The notes under the pieces: model-generated
What the model was told of the DNA's origin: nothing
The model's input: the letters and a program-made list of their open reading frames with translations, nothing else
Database searches by the model: none
Made by a program: the position numbers and the translations under genes
From: Octopus bimaculoides
Taxonomy: Eukaryota
Length of the DNA: 40,497 nt
NCBI RefSeq assembly: GCF_001194135.2
Contig: NC_068981.1
Coordinates: forward strand, 22,046,023-22,086,519
Reading direction: 5' to 3'
Part shown: one piece after another, positions 35,766 through 40,497 of the stretch
How the letters are laid out: the number at the start of each line of letters is the position of its first letter
How positions within the stretch are numbered: the stretch's first letter is position 1

Positions 35766-36179
35766 TGTCACTTCACTTTTAGTGCTATTGGTAACATAAA
35801 ATAACTCAGAACAACCTGTTGCATGGTCGGGCCGTCGGCAACTAAATCGGCAACCCTACCAAGCCTGCTCGGTAAGTGGGGTGGTTTCATTGGATACTCT
35901 GCAGGACGAAAAATAAAAGCTGTGAAAGGACGGATAAATTCAGTAGAGGTCAACGGAAAACTAAAAGTTTGGAGTTAGTGACCAATAGTCTTTGTTTAGA
36001 TATCTCTGTTGGAGAAGGAAAACTCTGATGTAAATTCTGACACTACGTTTGCCTCCGATTATGTAAACAAGTCCTTCTTTATGAGCAACTGCATACATTG
36101 TTTAGAGAGTGAGACTGACCCTGTTTAAGCCCTTTCCTTACTTTAGAGAGTTTCATGTACAAGCATCTCTGTTATGTGT

Positions 36180-36680
36180 TACAAACTATAGGGATTCGAA
36201 CCTCAACCACAAGATATTCAGTTAGGGATCACGAGCAAGCTACCACAGCTTCACGTGATTGATCTATAATTCGACCCATCAGACGAAGCCGTGGTGTGAT
36301 ATGGCCCCTCGGATGATCTAAAATTCTCCCCCTTTTCACCCTATAAAAATCGTTTGGCGCCTCACTCAGCCAGACGGCTTCAGGCATTCGCAGAGACCAC
36401 CTCGGGCACTCACAGATGGCCGACCGTTAAGACCAGACCACCTCGGGCACTCGACAGACCACCCGAGTAAGAAACGACTTTAGACTCCCATACGATGTAC
36501 CATAGGTAGCCTTCTACAGACACGGTGCGGTCCTCTCCTCCCAGTCGGCGGTTATATTAACAGCATCTTTCTTTTGTAAATAGCTAACACAGAAAATCAT
36601 GTCCAGCAATAAATATACTAAAAGTTAAAAATTCTTAAATTTGCTTCATTTAATAAACATACGGTCGGTTAGACCACAAG
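36180..36680 (+). mobile_element. Solo-LTR-like sequence
   Basis: E-box near 36252, TATAAAA at 36342-48, an 18-bp direct repeat agaccacctcgggcactc (36394 and 36435), AATAAA at 36608 and 36652, and a possible ...accaCA end. No TSD was found. Confidence 0.4.
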
Positions 36681-36939
36681 ACAACGGTCTTCAACGATAC
36701 AACACACGTCCAACAAGCAACTACCACAACAATGGTGGACATGCAATCTTACGACATTACTATGACTGGCCGTAGCAAAAACATGAATAAATGAGAAGGT
36801 ATGTATCAGCGTGGGTGTAAATTTTCTGAATACCTGGTGCAAGAGGTGCCTAGCGTAACCACATCTGTGCCGCTCATATTTAAGGGAAGAATCAAGTGAT
36901 GGGATTGCGCGAAATCGAATTGCAGCCATCTTGTGTGTG

Positions 36940-37075
36940 TAATTGGTACTCCGTCGGTTACGACGTCGAGGGTTCCAGTTGATCCGACCAACGGAACAGC
37001 CTGCTCGTGAAATTAACGTACAAGTGGCTGAGCACTCCACAAACACGTGTACCCTTAAAGCAGTTCTCAGGAAGA
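36940..37075 (-). mobile_element. SINE family C, 3' fragment
   Basis: Reverse complement of about 14950-15080 (acggaacagcctgctcgtgaaattaacgt.caagtggctgagcactccac). Confidence 0.85.
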
Positions 37076-37086
37076 TTTACTGCACC

Positions 37087-37125
<39 letters not shown>

Positions 37126-37279
37126 TGCGCGCGCTCACACACTCACATGTGCATGCTTTGTTTATTTTGTGGTAGGGAAACAAAAAGTGTATTGCGTGTG
37201 ATACATGTTTGTTATATGCCAGGTAAACAGTAATACAGTATTACGTACTTAAATTTCGTACAAGCTTCCTTGCTGTCGT

Positions 37280-37510
37280 CTGTCTTCGTCGGAGAACCGA
37301 AAGGGATTGATAATGACTGGGCGCTTTCAGATTGCTACGTTCGTTTTATGACGTCAATTCCTATTCGTCATGCGTCAGGGAGTTCTGTCTTAATGTTCGC
37401 GAATTTTAAGCGTGGACATATATCAACCTGTCAAAATTTGCTCAGTTATTTAATTTAGGATTGGAGAGGATTGGCTGACCTTTTTACGCGTATTTGTACG
37501 GCAGTGGTCG
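37280..37510. promoter_or_regulatory. CpG-rich candidate promoter/enhancer
   Basis: Perfect CRE TGACGTCA at 37349-56, TGCGTCA at 37371-77, two ATTGG (CCAAT) boxes at 37460 and 37470, and locally high CpG. Motif evidence only. Confidence 0.35.
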
Positions 37511-37933
37511 CTATACTTTGATTCATTTCTAAACATTGGTGCTTTGTCCAGTATTTTTTAAATATAAATATATATATATAATCTTGTGTCTACCAGAAAA
37601 CCACAGAAGGCTATTTTAGTAATGAAAGTAAAAATTTACCCCGTTATTTTCAAAGTAAGGCTGCGAATAAAATTTAATATGAGAAAATTAGTAAAAACAA
37701 AGCATTCAGGAAGTAATATATAACCAGCTTTGAAAATAGAAATGAAAAAAAGAAAAAGCGTGGAGTTGAAATTTTACGACTTGGGTTTAAGATAACAAAC
37801 CGACTAATTTAACCTTACAGCAGATTCTAGGAAAGACTCTTACTGTTTATATGAAATTGAATATTGGAAGAAGCTGGACGAATGAATACAATACCAGGCA
37901 AGCAAATGAGTGATCCTATTTTATAAACTGTCT

Positions 37934-38362
37934 AAGGCGGCGAGGTGGCAGAATCGTTAGCACGCTGGGCGAAATGCTTAACGGTATTTCGTCTGCCGTT
38001 ACGTTCTGAGTTCAAATTCCGCCGAGGTCGACTTTGCCTTTCATCCTTTCGGGGTCGATAAATTAAGTACCAATTACGCACTGGGGTTGATGTAATCGAC
38101 TTAATCCCTTTGTCTTTCCTTGTTTGTCCCCTCTATGTTTAGCCCCTTGTGGGCAATAAAGAAATAAGAATCGTTACCGCGCAGGGCAAAATGCTTAGCA
38201 ATATTTCGTCTGTCTTTTTGCTCTGAGTTCAAATTCTGCCGAGGTCGACTTTGCCTTTCATCCTTTCGGGGTCGATAGGAAAAGTAGCAGTTGAGCACTG
38301 GGTCGATGTAACCGACTTATCCACGAAACTTCTGGCCTTGTGCCAACATTTGGAATCAATAT
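37934..38362 (+). mobile_element. SINE family A dimer (full copy 37934-38170 plus a 5'-truncated copy with a different tail)
   Basis: Head aaggcggcgaggtggcagaatcgttagcacg and B-box gagttcaaattcc. A second head starts directly after the aagaaataagaa tail. Confidence 0.9.
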
Positions 38363-38661
38363 TTTATAAACCGCCTTCGACACTCCTCCCATGACCAAGG
38401 CTTTTAAATCTATTATGACCCAGTACACTTAGCTGAAAGAGGGAGTCAATATTCTAGGCAATCGCTGTAATGTAGAATACATAGCAGTGCTACCTTCAAC
38501 TCGGGTGATTCTGAAGAAGGCGGGTTTTCACTCGCCCTCAGATCAAAGTTTCTGACACATCTCGATTAAGTTTGTTGTTCAGTCAAAATCTAATCATAGG
38601 TTTTAAGCAACAATCTATTCTACGCTAACATTCGCTACATACAAACAACCATCAATAAAGG

Positions 38662-38828
38662 CAGGACCGTTTTAAGGCATAGGTACACTGGGCAGTGGCC
38701 CGGGAGCCTCAAAGGTCTTGGGACCCATCTAACCTATGTATGTTGTGGTTTACTGTTAATAAGTAAACACTATCGGACACAGTGCGTTGATTTGCCCGGA
38801 GGCCTATAATACAGCTACGACGGCCCTG
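38662..38828. mobile_element. hAT-family MITE
   Basis: TIRs CAGGACCGT...ACGGCCCTG (8/9 match) and an 8-bp TSD AATAAAGG (38654-61) / AGTAAAGG (38829-36), 7/8 match. Confidence 0.8.
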
Positions 38829-40162
38829 AGTAAAGGGATGTTCTCCGCGAAAACAATATTGAACATTTAAGAAGTGGAACCGAAGTTACAGGTAGCATGA
38901 TGACATAATGAAAATACTCTATGCTATTCTAATTTGAATCGTGTTCAAACAGAAATGTTGAATTGTCATCTGAAAAAATTCCATCGCCATCACACTCAGT
39001 TCAGTTTGTTTCTACCCTTCTGATCAAACCAGTGAAAAAAGAAATTTCGTCAAAGATAGTAGTTTGTTAGCTTCAAAATATAAATCAATAAATTTCAACT
39101 AAAATAGTAAAGTCTTATTTCATTAGATAATGCGACTGTCTTCCAACAGGGAGGCTCTTTAATTTGAATAAAATACACTGAATATCTTCACAAACAGATA
39201 TCCCCATGCATAGATACATATAAGCATAATGTAATTGAATACAGAGGGAACTGTGCGAGAATCACCGATTTTGCACAAATAAATTCGATCGCATATATCA
39301 AGTATTCTTTTCCATGTTTGTAATTCTGAACGTAAACGTGGATAAACACAAGTATGCAAATAGTATGCAAATGTGCGCACAAAATTTCTACACATCTGGT
39401 CATTTGTGAATAAATGTGCATATAGAAATCATATACATTTGTTCAATAAACATATATTTAACCTTACTATGAAAATATAAACCGGACAAACTCAGGAGTT
39501 TCAATCAGCTAAGAGTAATGATAGTCCGACTAGCTTCGTATTTGTTAAAACTTATCAGGAATCACTTACTTTACCTCTCAAATGTCAAAACTTAAAGATA
39601 TAAATATCTTCTCACGTAAAAAGCAAACTGTTAGTGGTGTAAAAAGAAAAACATAATGATACAAGGTTAACATTCAGGATGTAATGACAAATGTATCAAC
39701 ACATCACGATAATGAAATAAAGCAACGTTGAAAAGATGAAAATCCTTTAAAAAGTCAGTATTATCATGTAAAGAAACAGAAACAGTAGGATTGAACTAAG
39801 CATAGACTTACAAATACGTGGCAGAGAGTTCTATAAATGTGACAAGCCAGGCCATTTTACAAAATGTATTGCAAATTTTAAGCGGCTGTTCCACCAAAAG
39901 GGAATCATAATGAAACAAACAACGTAATAATCTTTAAAAATGGATATATTGCTCGAGGGCGTATTAGATATTGGTTCGACTTTATGATACGCTCAATGTT
40001 AATTAGAAGTAGCGAACAACTGCTAATGGTAGGCTTTGGCGCATCGTACGATATGTTGCTACTGCTTGTTGCTGAGTAGTTTCTAGAAGTGGCTATACTA
40101 ATATAGGATATAGACGAAACACTGAAGGTCTTATAGGAAAGTGGGTTATACATCATTAGATG

Positions 40163-40497
40163 TATACCTGACTTTCCTATATAAAATTAAGAGAATAACG
40201 GAACGCTGAACTCCAGACTATCAACTTAAACAACATTTATTCAGGTGGTAAATATATACATCTTTAGCTCTTGTTTGTTGTTACAGCTTCTGTGTGTATG
40301 AGCATTGTTGTTGGGACGTTGGTATGTAGATGTAAGCGAGCTGTCGAGCGTAAGTTCGTATAGATGGAGAGAGACAGCTAAACACGTCCATGCTCAATCG
40401 CTGGCCAGCAAGAAAGAGACAGAATGAAGCGGGAAATCTTGCTTGTTGAATTCCACGCATGCGTGAGACTACGCATGCGCACGGCGTTACTACAGTC
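40163..40497 (-). mobile_element. LTR-like sequence continuing beyond the window
   Basis: Minus-strand AATAAA near 40240, a possible ...gtataCA end near 40163, CpG-rich sequence, and CGCATGCG palindromes near 40456 and 40472. Confidence 0.3.

Noticed and set aside
39905-40156. 83-aa Ser-rich minus-strand ORF next to the LTR-like end
   Set aside because: It has no gag motifs, no TGG-starting PBS and no splice evidence.

Overview
Eukaryotic, AT-rich, microsatellite-dense DNA with about 3 kb of N in nine gaps. The SINE families and repeat style point to an octopus (cephalopod) genome; this is inference from recognised repeat sequences. The only well-supported host gene is the 3' end of a minus-strand SH2-domain adaptor resembling the Drosophila EGFRAP/PVRAP type. 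Three phase-consistent exons at 16186-16272, 15495-15666 and 13429-13632 have canonical GT-AG sites. Its 5' exons are unresolved, with two phase-compatible candidates at 28738-28823 and 36834-36877. The rest is mostly mobile DNA: several tRNA-derived SINE families (including about 20 co-oriented copies in a head-to-tail train just downstream of the stop codon), a full-length but dead D,D34D mariner, and a Penelope-like element with a 5' inversion. The Penelope pseudo-LTR carries a Pol III (tRNA-like) promoter followed by a minimal hammerhead ribozyme. Also present are RTE, CR1-like and REL-endonuclease LINE fragments, Gypsy-like LTRs with a tRNA-Trp primer-binding site, an hAT MITE, a TTAA-bounded element and a 41-bp hairpin minisatellite. 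Most ORFs in the track are microsatellite or N artefacts. Repeat boundaries are read by eye and approximate.
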